Made by a program: the position numbers and the translations under genes
NCBI GenBank assembly: GCA_964511345.1
Contig: CAZEEV010000003.1
Coordinates: 1-41,769, forward strand
Direction of reading: 5' to 3'
DNA: 41,769 nt
Source of the DNA: an uncultured Pseudomonadales bacterium
Lineage (GTDB): Bacteria; Patescibacteriota; Microgenomatia; UBA1400; PJMF01
Notes under the pieces: generated by a model
What the model was told of the DNA's origin: nothing
The model's input: the letters and a program-made list of their open reading frames with translations, nothing else
Databases searched by the model: none
Shown: one piece after another, positions 33,406 to 40,918 of the stretch
How positions within the stretch are numbered: position 1 is the first letter of the stretch
Layout of the letters: each line of letters begins with the position of its first letter

Positions 33406-33414
33406 AGTTTAACA
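33406..33414 (-). promoter_or_regulatory. extended -10 promoter (TGTTAAACT) 6 nt before ATG 33399
   Basis: The reverse complement of 33400-33414 reads TGTTAAACT-TGCTTC, then ATG. Confidence 0.45.
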
Positions 33415-33434
33415 TTAATATAAAGTTTAGAGAA

Positions 33435-35468
33435 CTAAGTTTTCTTAATTTGTAAGCTAATTTCCTCAATTTTTTTACTTAAATTAAAATTTTGCTTAGT
33501 AATAATTAAGCCTTCTTTTTCCATGGCAAAATTTTTAGCAAAACCAGTAACTGCAATCTGTTTAAAATTATGTTTTATTGGTAATGTTTTAGAAAAATCA
33601 AAACTCGCCACTAAGGATATGGCATTTTTTTGCACTAGATCAAAAATTGAGACAATTAAATTATCAGTAAATTTTTGCTCAACACCCTGATTGGCAATCA
33701 AAATTAAACTCTTTTGTTGTTGAAAAACATTAATTAATTTTGTCAATAGTATTAACACATAAAAAACCAAAGACAATAAGTTACAAGTGCCTCCATAGCG
33801 CAAGACAAAAATTAAAGTAAATAGAAGCATTAAAACTAAAAACCACCAAGGATACTCAAGTAAATATAAAACGAAAATACGCATGCGTTCAATAAACGGT
33901 AATTTTTCTTGACCAGCTGCTTGCAAGGTAGGAATTAGAATTCCCTGACCATGGTAATTTTCTTGATTAAACTCCTGACCTTGATAAAAATGCCAAAAAT
34001 CTAGCTGATTTGGTTTTTGATCGCCAATTGGATAATAAAAATTACTGTCCTTTACTCTGAAAAACCACTCATTTGGAAAATTAAAATCATTGAAGTTGCC
34101 TCGTAAATTGGTAATTGTAAAATCCAAAACCTGCTGATTCCTATCTAGCAGCTCTACTTTAACAAGAGAGCTGGCAATAGTTTTTCCATACTCAAATACT
34201 AAATTTTTCGTTGCTTTAAAAATATTTGGAAATAAAATTAGAGATAATTTTTTCAACAAAGAAAAAGAGAAATCTCTCATAAATTTAGTTAATAATAAGA
34301 AGAAAGCAAACAAGTAAAAAGATAACACAAATAAAAGACCTACTAGGGGAGCTAAATTTAGCCAAAATTCTGATCCTAGAAATGCTCTGATCTGGTCTGC
34401 GGTTGATTTTGGCAGCACCTCAGTGATTTCATCACTAATTTCATGAATAATTTCTTTGGGAGGAACAATTGGAATAATACCTGTTGGTGTAGGGCTAACA
34501 CTTATACTTGGTTTAACGGTTACTGTAGCGCTTAAGGTGGGAGAAATTGGTTGAGTGGGAGTTGGTGAAGTACTAATAGTTGGAGTAGGCGTTGGAGTAG
34601 GTGATGATGTCAAGGTAGCGGTCGGTGTTGGCGTAGTGGTAGGCCAATATTGAAGCTCAATACGAAAATATACTTTTTCTAGAACACTGATGTGTCCAAC
34701 TTTATCAGTAATAATAAAATCAAGCTTAATATCTGTGTTTCTAGGTAAAATCCCCAATTTCAATTCATAGTAACCGTCAGTATCAATTGTTTTGTGAAAA
34801 ACTTGCGTCGCATCACCAGGAATGCTTACTGTTAATTTAACTTCACTACCCACTTCTCCATAGGCAATAAGGGTGGGTTCATTAGCGGTAGCATCATCTT
34901 TGAAAATAATCACCGGACTACTAGGCACTGATCCAGTATTTCCAGCAGAAATATTAACTGCTGTATCACCAATTTTAGTCAATCTAAAACTAGGTGCCAA
35001 AGTATCAATGGTGAAATCCCACACATCTGAAAAAGAACTTAAACCAGCGTAATCAAAAGCAATAATATTCCAAGTATATGATCTATCACTTAAAGCATTC
35101 TTAGGAGTTAAGGTGTAGATACCATTGATAGAATCGTAGATTAAAGTGTAATAACTATTTTCAGTACCAACTAGAGGAATGTTGTTGTAAACAATACTGC
35201 CATTCAAGTAAAAAACATAATGAGACATACCAACATTATCAATTGATTCATACCAGCTAAATGAGGGGGTATTGTCACTCAATAAAGCTCCATCACTAGG
35301 TTCAATTAAAATTGGTGATGAAGGAGCTTGCGAATCTGGTATTCTAGCAGAGATTGTAATATCGGCAGCTGACACTGGAGTTAAATTAGCAAACAACAAG
35401 ACCACCAAGAGGAATAGGCTAAAGAATAATAATTTTACTTTATTTCTGCAAATCATCAGGCTTTTCAT
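33435..35468 (-). CDS. large surface/membrane protein: signal peptide, two Ig/FN3-like beta domains, Pro/Thr linker, polytopic C-terminal half with an embedded beta domain
   Basis: 677 aa. LLFFSLFLLVVLLFANLTPVSA signal. PILIEPSDGALLSDNTPSFSWYES...YTWNIIAFDYAGLSS has an Ig-like pattern. Linker TTTPTPTATLTSSPTPTPTPTISTSPTPTQPISPT. Several TM helices flank VKVELLDRNQQVLDFTITNLRGNF. The 5' end overlaps the upstream gene by 29 nt. Confidence 0.65.
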   Translation of the reverse strand: MKSLMICRNKVKLLFFSLFLLVVLLFANLTPVSAADITISARIPDSQAPSSPILIEPSDGALLSDNTPSFSWYESIDNVGMSHYVFYLNGSIVYNNIPLVGTENSYYTLIYDSINGIYTLTPKNALSDRSYTWNIIAFDYAGLSSFSDVWDFTIDTLAPSFRLTKIGDTAVNISAGNTGSVPSSPVIIFKDDATANEPTLIAYGEVGSEVKLTVSIPGDATQVFHKTIDTDGYYELKLGILPRNTDIKLDFIITDKVGHISVLEKVYFRIELQYWPTTTPTPTATLTSSPTPTPTPTISTSPTPTQPISPTLSATVTVKPSISVSPTPTGIIPIVPPKEIIHEISDEITEVLPKSTADQIRAFLGSEFWLNLAPLVGLLFVLSFYLFAFFLLLTKFMRDFSFSLLKKLSLILFPNIFKATKNLVFEYGKTIASSLVKVELLDRNQQVLDFTITNLRGNFNDFNFPNEWFFRVKDSNFYYPIGDQKPNQLDFWHFYQGQEFNQENYHGQGILIPTLQAAGQEKLPFIERMRIFVLYLLEYPWWFLVLMLLFTLIFVLRYGGTCNLLSLVFYVLILLTKLINVFQQQKSLILIANQGVEQKFTDNLIVSIFDLVQKNAISLVASFDFSKTLPIKHNFKQIAVTGFAKNFAMEKEGLIITKQNFNLSKKIEEISLQIKKT
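34480..34648 (-). repeat. low-complexity Pro/Thr/Ser-rich linker-coding region
   Basis: Translates to WPTTTPTPTATLTSSPTPTPTPTISTSPTPTQPISPTLSATVTVKPSISVSPTPTG. Confidence 0.8.
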
Positions 35469-36432
35469 CTCCGCTTTCTAAATCTTTAGAAATCGCATTA
35501 TTTAGAGTAGAAGCCTTGCGTTTTTTAAGTGAGACAAACAAAATAGTAATTATTAAGACAATAATTAGAACTAATAGAATGATTTTGACTGGAATTAAAT
35601 ATAATCCAGCAACCGCCGTCATCATTCTACCTTGACTACCATAGCTTGCTTCAACTATTGCTTTATAATAACCAAAGCCCCAAACCTTGTTCCATGAACC
35701 AACAAATTCGCGCTCACTTTTAGGAAAAATATTTTTTGCTTCTATCTCAAGATTAGCCACTTCCTTACCAAACAAGTTATAAATTTTCAGTACCGGTTTT
35801 GTATTAATATGAATATCTGATTGGTTATCAATCTTTAAAGAAAAATTAATTGGACCATTTTCCAAAAATTTTGGCCAATTAAAACGGCTGATATAGGCCT
35901 CTTCATTAATTTCTCCTTCAACTACTACATATAACAAAGTACCCACTCGTTGCGATATGCCAGATCCAGATTCCGTTACCGGGGTAGCACTTAAAGGTCG
36001 ATGATAAATCATTGCGTAGTGACCTCCTGGTAGAGCGTCTTTCGGCACCTCAATCAACACATTGACTACTGCTACTTCTTCGCTATTCAATTTATGTTCA
36101 GCTGGTACTAAAGTTAACCAAGAGACTAGGCTCCATCTGGAATCAGCTTGTTTAGTATCAATTAAGACAGGAGTAAAGCCATCTTCAGCAACAATAAAAT
36201 CAGTCGCCTTACTTTCCAAAGCCACCGCCTCTTCAGAACCATTACGTACTTTGATTTGAACTTGTTTTTTCTCACCTGGCTTGAGACGAATACTAAAATC
36301 ATCGCCAAGTCTTACTGGCGTAGCTGTTAAAGACAAATTGGAAACAGCAAAAACTTGAGTAGTTAAAAATAAAAAAAGAAATAAGCTAAAAAAAGCAGAA
36401 ATTATTTTGATATTCGGGCAGATTTTTAACAT
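35440..36432 (-). CDS. DUF916/DUF3324-like two-beta-domain cell-surface protein with C-terminal TM anchor (paralog A2)
   Basis: Signal FFSLFLFLFLTTQVFA. LSLTATPVRLGDDFSIRLKPGEKKQVQIKVRNGSEEAV. Second domain INFSLKIDNQSDIHINTKPVLKIYNLFGKEV. C-terminal helix KIILLVLIIVLIITILFVSLKKRK. Confidence 0.55.
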   Translation of the reverse strand: MLKICPNIKIISAFFSLFLFLFLTTQVFAVSNLSLTATPVRLGDDFSIRLKPGEKKQVQIKVRNGSEEAVALESKATDFIVAEDGFTPVLIDTKQADSRWSLVSWLTLVPAEHKLNSEEVAVVNVLIEVPKDALPGGHYAMIYHRPLSATPVTESGSGISQRVGTLLYVVVEGEINEEAYISRFNWPKFLENGPINFSLKIDNQSDIHINTKPVLKIYNLFGKEVANLEIEAKNIFPKSEREFVGSWNKVWGFGYYKAIVEASYGSQGRMMTAVAGLYLIPVKIILLVLIIVLIITILFVSLKKRKASTLNNAISKDLESGDEKPDDLQK

Positions 36433-36442
36433 ATTTTAAACC

Positions 36443-37888
36443 CTAAAAGGTGGCTGAAGCCGTATATACTAGATAATTCTCATAACTTCCAGCAGCGTTG
36501 GTAGCAGCTGGTGCAATGCGGTAACACACATCAACAATATCGCTGGCAGTAACAGTGGAACGCTCAAAAATAGTTTGCACTGCTTCACCTGCTGCCAAAT
36601 CAGCAAACTGTCTGGCATAGAAAGTGCCACTCTCATTGTAATAAAATGCTGGCGTAAAGGTTGCCCCAGTCGCATCTGGATCTAGAGTATAACCAAACCC
36701 CGGATAAGTTGTTGCATTTGTCCAATCTGCAGAAGCTGTGTGACTAGCACCAGTAACACTGGCGTCAACTATGCAAGTAATACTTCCTGAACCATCTGTC
36801 GCACAGGCATTAGCTTCACGTCCAACCTGATCATTTTCTGCCGCAGTTACAGTGTAGCCACCGATAGCGTTAGTGGTCACCGTCAATCTCTGAGCAGCAT
36901 TAGTAAAAGTGCCAACAATCAAATCACCAAATGGAACAGTTAGCGCAGTAGTTGATACGTCAGTACTAATTCCACAAACACTAGTAGAAGCAGGCAAGCC
37001 AGCGATGGTAAAAGTAATCTGTGGAGCAATATAAGCAGAAACTTTGACTGCATCTACTACACCAATTTTAGTAACAGTTTGATCAATTACCACATCAGAA
37101 CTATCTAAATGTTGAATAATGACGGTATAGGTATCTGCTTGGCCCAAGGTGTGATTATTAGTGCCTGTCTTTGGCGCTGGATTAATCAAGTTAGAAATTA
37201 CAAACGGATCTGCATCGGTGCCATCGAAGTCCGTACCAACTTCTCCCAAGCCACTATAACTACAAACAAAAGAATGATAGGGAACAGTATCAATCACTAT
37301 AGTTGAAGTATCTGCAGGAGTACTAGTGGCTGTAAAAGTACCATAGGCAGTTATAGTAGGGCAAGTAATCGAGGCTGGAGTAGCAGATCCAAAGTCAAAA
37401 CCACCTGTGTCTGGAATATCATTGTGATCACTACCATCGTCAGCCACGGCTGGTACTAAAATGCGAAAAGAACCAGCATTTAAAGCACTAATGGTTTTTA
37501 AGCGCACGGTCAGAGAAGAAGTTTGCGAAGAATAAACAGTAGCATCGTCAGTAATATCACTAACATCTAAGCCAGCAGTGAGATTGAAGGTGTTGTCGTT
37601 TGTGTCATCAATGGTTGTAGCTACCGTATAAACACTATCATTAATTGTGACATCATCACGATTTTGTAACTGTAAAACCGATTCAGATGGATAGTTAGTA
37701 GTATCAATCGTTACCAAAGAAGAACCAGTAGTTTGTGCACCTTCTAGTGCACTTAAAAAAGACAGCCTAGCATTATTAAGCGTAGCTGATGTGTTTTCAA
37801 ATTCGCCAGAAAAAACAACGTATTTCTTAGCAAAAATAAAAACCAAAAATAATAAGGGGAATACAAACAAATATTTTTTCAACTTCAT
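36443..37888 (-). CDS. secreted Thr/Ala/Asp-rich surface (fibre/adhesin-like) protein with C-terminal WxL-like domain (large paralog)
   Basis: 481 aa with N-terminal signal/anchor. C-terminal domain: VPFGDLIVGTFTNAAQRLTVTTNAIGGYTVTAAEN...WTNATTYPGFGY...YARQFADLAAGEAVQ...AAGSYENYLVYTASATF-COOH. Paralogous to 38975-39784. Confidence 0.55.
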   Translation of the reverse strand: MKLKKYLFVFPLLFLVFIFAKKYVVFSGEFENTSATLNNARLSFLSALEGAQTTGSSLVTIDTTNYPSESVLQLQNRDDVTINDSVYTVATTIDDTNDNTFNLTAGLDVSDITDDATVYSSQTSSLTVRLKTISALNAGSFRILVPAVADDGSDHNDIPDTGGFDFGSATPASITCPTITAYGTFTATSTPADTSTIVIDTVPYHSFVCSYSGLGEVGTDFDGTDADPFVISNLINPAPKTGTNNHTLGQADTYTVIIQHLDSSDVVIDQTVTKIGVVDAVKVSAYIAPQITFTIAGLPASTSVCGISTDVSTTALTVPFGDLIVGTFTNAAQRLTVTTNAIGGYTVTAAENDQVGREANACATDGSGSITCIVDASVTGASHTASADWTNATTYPGFGYTLDPDATGATFTPAFYYNESGTFYARQFADLAAGEAVQTIFERSTVTASDIVDVCYRIAPAATNAAGSYENYLVYTASATF

Positions 37889-37930
37889 AATCTTGATTTA
37901 AGAATAACTTACTTTAACTCCTCTAGTCAA

Positions 37931-38971
37931 CTAGGGCTTTTTGTTGGCAGATTTTTGAAAAATTTTTTTTAATAAAGTAAAGAACCAATAAAAAAATGGC
38001 AATAGTATAGCAATCAACAAGATAGAAAATGGTAAAACGATAATTCTTTTTTGTAAAAAATCATCGCCGACTTTAAGCTCCAAATCATAGGCACCAACCA
38101 AAAAACCTTTTTTGTACAAGAATTTATCACGAAGGTTTTCATTAACAAACTTATTTTTTTTAGCTTCGTAATCTTCACCATTGGCAATAGTAATTGCTTT
38201 GGCTTCTTCCATTTGCTCCAAAATCTTTAAATCTGCTTCTGCCATAGCTCGTACCAATCTTTTACTGTCAGCTAAAACCATATCTGGATAAAGCTCATAA
38301 GTTTCCACATTCTGATTGGGCCAATGACTAATTTTGATGTGCCCCTCAACAGGAGTAGCATTCACACCAATATTTTTGACTAAAGCCGAAAAACTAAAAC
38401 CCATAAAACTGTCGGCGATTTTTGGTAAAAAGAACTGTTCAATACTCAACTCGCCACGATTTTGATCATCGGCGCTCACCAACAAAACCACATTGCTTGC
38501 CACCACCGCTGAAACTAGAGTGTTTTCATTAGAAACACTACTATAAGATAATTGCTTAGCTTGAAACAAAATTGACAGGTAATGTTCCTGATATTTCGCT
38601 TCAGAGTGGAGAGCAATTACAAAATTCAGAGGCTTTTCTTCTCCTGGTTTTAGTAAAAAACTTTTACCCCATTTATTGGGATCGCCATCAAGATTTAAGT
38701 AATCAAAATCACTTTTCTGTTCCAAAATTACCGCACCAGTTTTATCATCACTGTGAAAATTTACCAACACTGGAGTAATTTCTAAAGTATAAAGACCACT
38801 ATTGTTAATTTTGATTTGATGATTAATACCAGCTCCTGGTTTAACAGACAAATACGCCACTGGTGGATAAACTTTTAGATCCAAAGCTGATGCAGCCAAA
38901 ACCTCTCGTTTGCAACTAACCAGTGAAAGAAAAAATAAAAAACAAACTAAAAATTTTTTCATATTATTCAA
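37931..38971 (-). CDS. DUF916/DUF3324-like two-beta-domain cell-surface protein with C-terminal TM anchor (paralog A1)
   Basis: Signal FLVCFLFFLSLVSC. LDLKVYPPVAYLSVKPGAGINHQIKINNSGLYTLEI. C-terminal helix ILLIAILLPFFYWFFTLLKKIF. Confidence 0.55.
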   Translation of the reverse strand: MNNMKKFLVCFLFFLSLVSCKREVLAASALDLKVYPPVAYLSVKPGAGINHQIKINNSGLYTLEITPVLVNFHSDDKTGAVILEQKSDFDYLNLDGDPNKWGKSFLLKPGEEKPLNFVIALHSEAKYQEHYLSILFQAKQLSYSSVSNENTLVSAVVASNVVLLVSADDQNRGELSIEQFFLPKIADSFMGFSFSALVKNIGVNATPVEGHIKISHWPNQNVETYELYPDMVLADSKRLVRAMAEADLKILEQMEEAKAITIANGEDYEAKKNKFVNENLRDKFLYKKGFLVGAYDLELKVGDDFLQKRIIVLPFSILLIAILLPFFYWFFTLLKKIFQKSANKKP

Positions 38972-38974
38972 AAA

Positions 38975-39784
38975 CTAATACCCTGGCACTGCTACAAATA
39001 CTATGCTTGTTTGATAATTACCTGCAGCTTGATCACCAGACATAGCAGCTTTATAAGTTACGGTTGCAGAATTATTTAAAGCAACATTGTCCGAACCCAT
39101 AATTAATTGCATGCTTTCTCCTGCTTCATTATTGGCAAACTGGCGAAAATAATTACTATTAATAAAATCATTGGCCACGTCATCATCACCAATGTTAAAA
39201 CTATATCCAGGAGTACTCGAGTCTGACAACACATTAGCAGTAACATTAAAACCAAAACCAGGATTGTTTGGATCAGTCCAAACCCCCGCCACACTCTCAT
39301 CGCAACTAACATCACAATTAGTATCATTAATATCAGTCGTTGAACCCGGTGAATCAACGCTAATATGTCTGAGTGGATGATTCTCAAAAACATAAACACT
39401 GTAACCACTGGCTCCATTAGTGGTTACGCTAATATCATGAGAATCGGTTTTGAAGCTACCAGGAAATAATTCACCCAATTCAATACTTAATTTAGAAATA
39501 CTAAAGAAAAAATAATCAATCTGATAAACATACTGAAAACCACTGCCGATAAAATAATTGTCACTACCATATTGACCATAAGGTCCAGAAGCTAAACCGC
39601 CCATAGTATCAGAAAGAATATAGGTATCTCCATCTCTCCTGCCAGAACCCATATTAAAATTCCCAAACTGAATTTTGTAAGAATCGGATTTCATTTCCTC
39701 TGCAAAAACTTGTCTAGAAAAAAAACTGCATAACCCTGCAAAAAGAAAAAGTAACACAATTGTGAAAAAAATTCTAATTTTCAT
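38975..39784 (-). CDS. secreted surface subunit with WxL-like C-terminal domain (small paralog)
   Basis: 269 aa. Signal IFFTIVLLFLFAGLCSFFSRQVFA. N-terminal triple motif SDSYKI / GDTYIL / SDNYFI. Then LGELFPGSFKTDSHDISVTTNGASGYSVYVFEN...WTDPNNPGFGF...YFRQFANNEAGESMQ...AAGNYQTSIVFVAVPGY-COOH. Confidence 0.55.
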   Translation of the reverse strand: MKIRIFFTIVLLFLFAGLCSFFSRQVFAEEMKSDSYKIQFGNFNMGSGRRDGDTYILSDTMGGLASGPYGQYGSDNYFIGSGFQYVYQIDYFFFSISKLSIELGELFPGSFKTDSHDISVTTNGASGYSVYVFENHPLRHISVDSPGSTTDINDTNCDVSCDESVAGVWTDPNNPGFGFNVTANVLSDSSTPGYSFNIGDDDVANDFINSNYFRQFANNEAGESMQLIMGSDNVALNNSATVTYKAAMSGDQAAGNYQTSIVFVAVPGY

Positions 39785-40592
39785 CTTCTTTTGGAACCAA
39801 TGTGACTGATGCTTCCTGTTCTACTTCTTTAATAAGCACTTCCATCTTTTGATTTTCTTCTTCTTCTAAGGATTTTTCCTTAGAGGAAACTTGAGTAGTT
39901 TTTTTGTCAATTTGACGCAATAAAACACCCAGGTCTTTTTTGAGCACTTGTACTTCAGCATTAATGGCCAGCTTATTTTTTTCAGGAAAACTGAGCAAAA
40001 ACTCCAACATGGGCAAACGTCTATTAATTAAAGATGCCACAAAATCAGCCACAGCTTGATCATCACGTTTAGCCCGATTTAATTCTCGATTCTGTGCATC
40101 CACCAGGAGGTGATTACTATAAGCTTTCTCGTACTGACTTTTGGCAAAAAGATAAAAAACAGTCACAATTGGTAAAGCAATTAAATTAGAGAGTTCAGCC
40201 ATGGATAATACAAAATTATTACTACTGGCAATACTCAGACTAAAATGAAAAACCATAATTTCCAAAGCTAACAATAAAGAGGTTTTGGTGGGCGCAGCTA
40301 AAGCGATAAAAAAAAGCTCAACGAAAGTAATAGCAAAAAAAGGTGAAGCTAATGAGCCACTAGTTCCTGTTAACAACAAAAAAGCAAAGTTAATTAAAGC
40401 TAAATTAGCTGATGAACTGTCTGGTAAAATTAAATAAAAACGCCCTTTTTGTCTTTTTTGTAAAATCAAATATAAAGCGCTACAAAGGGCAAAAACCTGC
40501 AGAGAGTAGTGTTTTAAAAAGGGCACTTGCAGATACAAATAAGCCGCTAAAACACTCATGGTCAATAGAATGGCGTGCTTAATACTACTCAT
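39774..40592 (-). CDS. polytopic membrane protein (about 5-6 TM) with cytoplasmic coiled-coil, acidic tail; first gene of the surface operon
   Basis: 272 aa. Hydrophobic N-terminal 165 aa, then a helical segment LLVDAQNRELNRAKRDDQAVADFVASLINRRLPMLEFLL...EEEENQKMEVLIKEVEQE. There is an 11-nt overlap with the next gene. Confidence 0.5.
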   Translation of the reverse strand: MSSIKHAILLTMSVLAAYLYLQVPFLKHYSLQVFALCSALYLILQKRQKGRFYLILPDSSSANLALINFAFLLLTGTSGSLASPFFAITFVELFFIALAAPTKTSLLLALEIMVFHFSLSIASSNNFVLSMAELSNLIALPIVTVFYLFAKSQYEKAYSNHLLVDAQNRELNRAKRDDQAVADFVASLINRRLPMLEFLLSFPEKNKLAINAEVQVLKKDLGVLLRQIDKKTTQVSSKEKSLEEEENQKMEVLIKEVEQEASVTLVPKEDEN

Positions 40593-40599
40593 ACTAAAA

Positions 40600-40605
40600 A
40601 GTATA
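40600..40605 (-). promoter_or_regulatory. -10 box (TATACT) 7 nt before ATG 40592
   Basis: The reverse complement of 40593-40605 reads TATACT-TTTTAGT, then ATG. A possible -35, TAGTCA, lies 17 nt upstream. Confidence 0.35.
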
Positions 40606-40628
40606 GATGAAATCTCTTAGATTGACTA

Positions 40629-40657
40629 TTGTCTTTTAAGAGGCTTGCCCTTAAAAT
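40629..40657 (+). promoter_or_regulatory. candidate rRNA operon promoter
   Basis: TTGTCT, then N17, then TAAAAT, about 260 nt upstream of the 16S 5' end. Weak evidence only. Confidence 0.25.
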
Positions 40658-40872
40658 AACTCCCACTTCACAATTTTGTTCTTATGGAATAAAATTCTTC
40701 AGCGTCTAGAGGAAGTACGAGAAACAAGAAAGTTTTTCTTTCTTTTTTTTGTCTGCTAGAGCAAATTGATCTTTAACAAGTAAACAGCCAATTGGAAATA
40801 AATATAGTGATAGAAAGTGTGCAAGGATTTTTCCTTTTTAGGAAAAGTCCGTCAATTTTTTAGTAAATTTGG

Positions 40873-40897
40873 CTTTTAGTGATGATTTCACTAAAAG
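40873..40897 (+). other. perfect 10-bp inverted repeat in the 16S leader (probable processing-stem or leader structure)
   Basis: CTTTTAGTGA-tgatt-TCACTAAAAG followed by TTTTTT, about 20 nt upstream of the mature 16S 5' end. Confidence 0.4.
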
Positions 40898-40918
40898 TTT
40901 TTTAGAGCTAAATCAAAC

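Noticed and set aside
39774-40592. Cytoplasmic segment DFVASLINRRLPMLEFLL resembling a histidine-kinase DHp/HisKA box (FlanvSHELRTPL)
   Set aside because: The alignment is out of register around the Pro. The phospho-acceptor His is absent, and there is no ATPase domain or response regulator nearby. The similarity is too weak to call.
40873-40903. Hairpin plus T-tract just upstream of the 16S, read as an intrinsic terminator
   Set aside because: The stem is almost entirely A/T (weak), and it lies inside the rRNA leader where transcription must continue. It is more likely leader or processing structure, so it is listed only as an inverted repeat.
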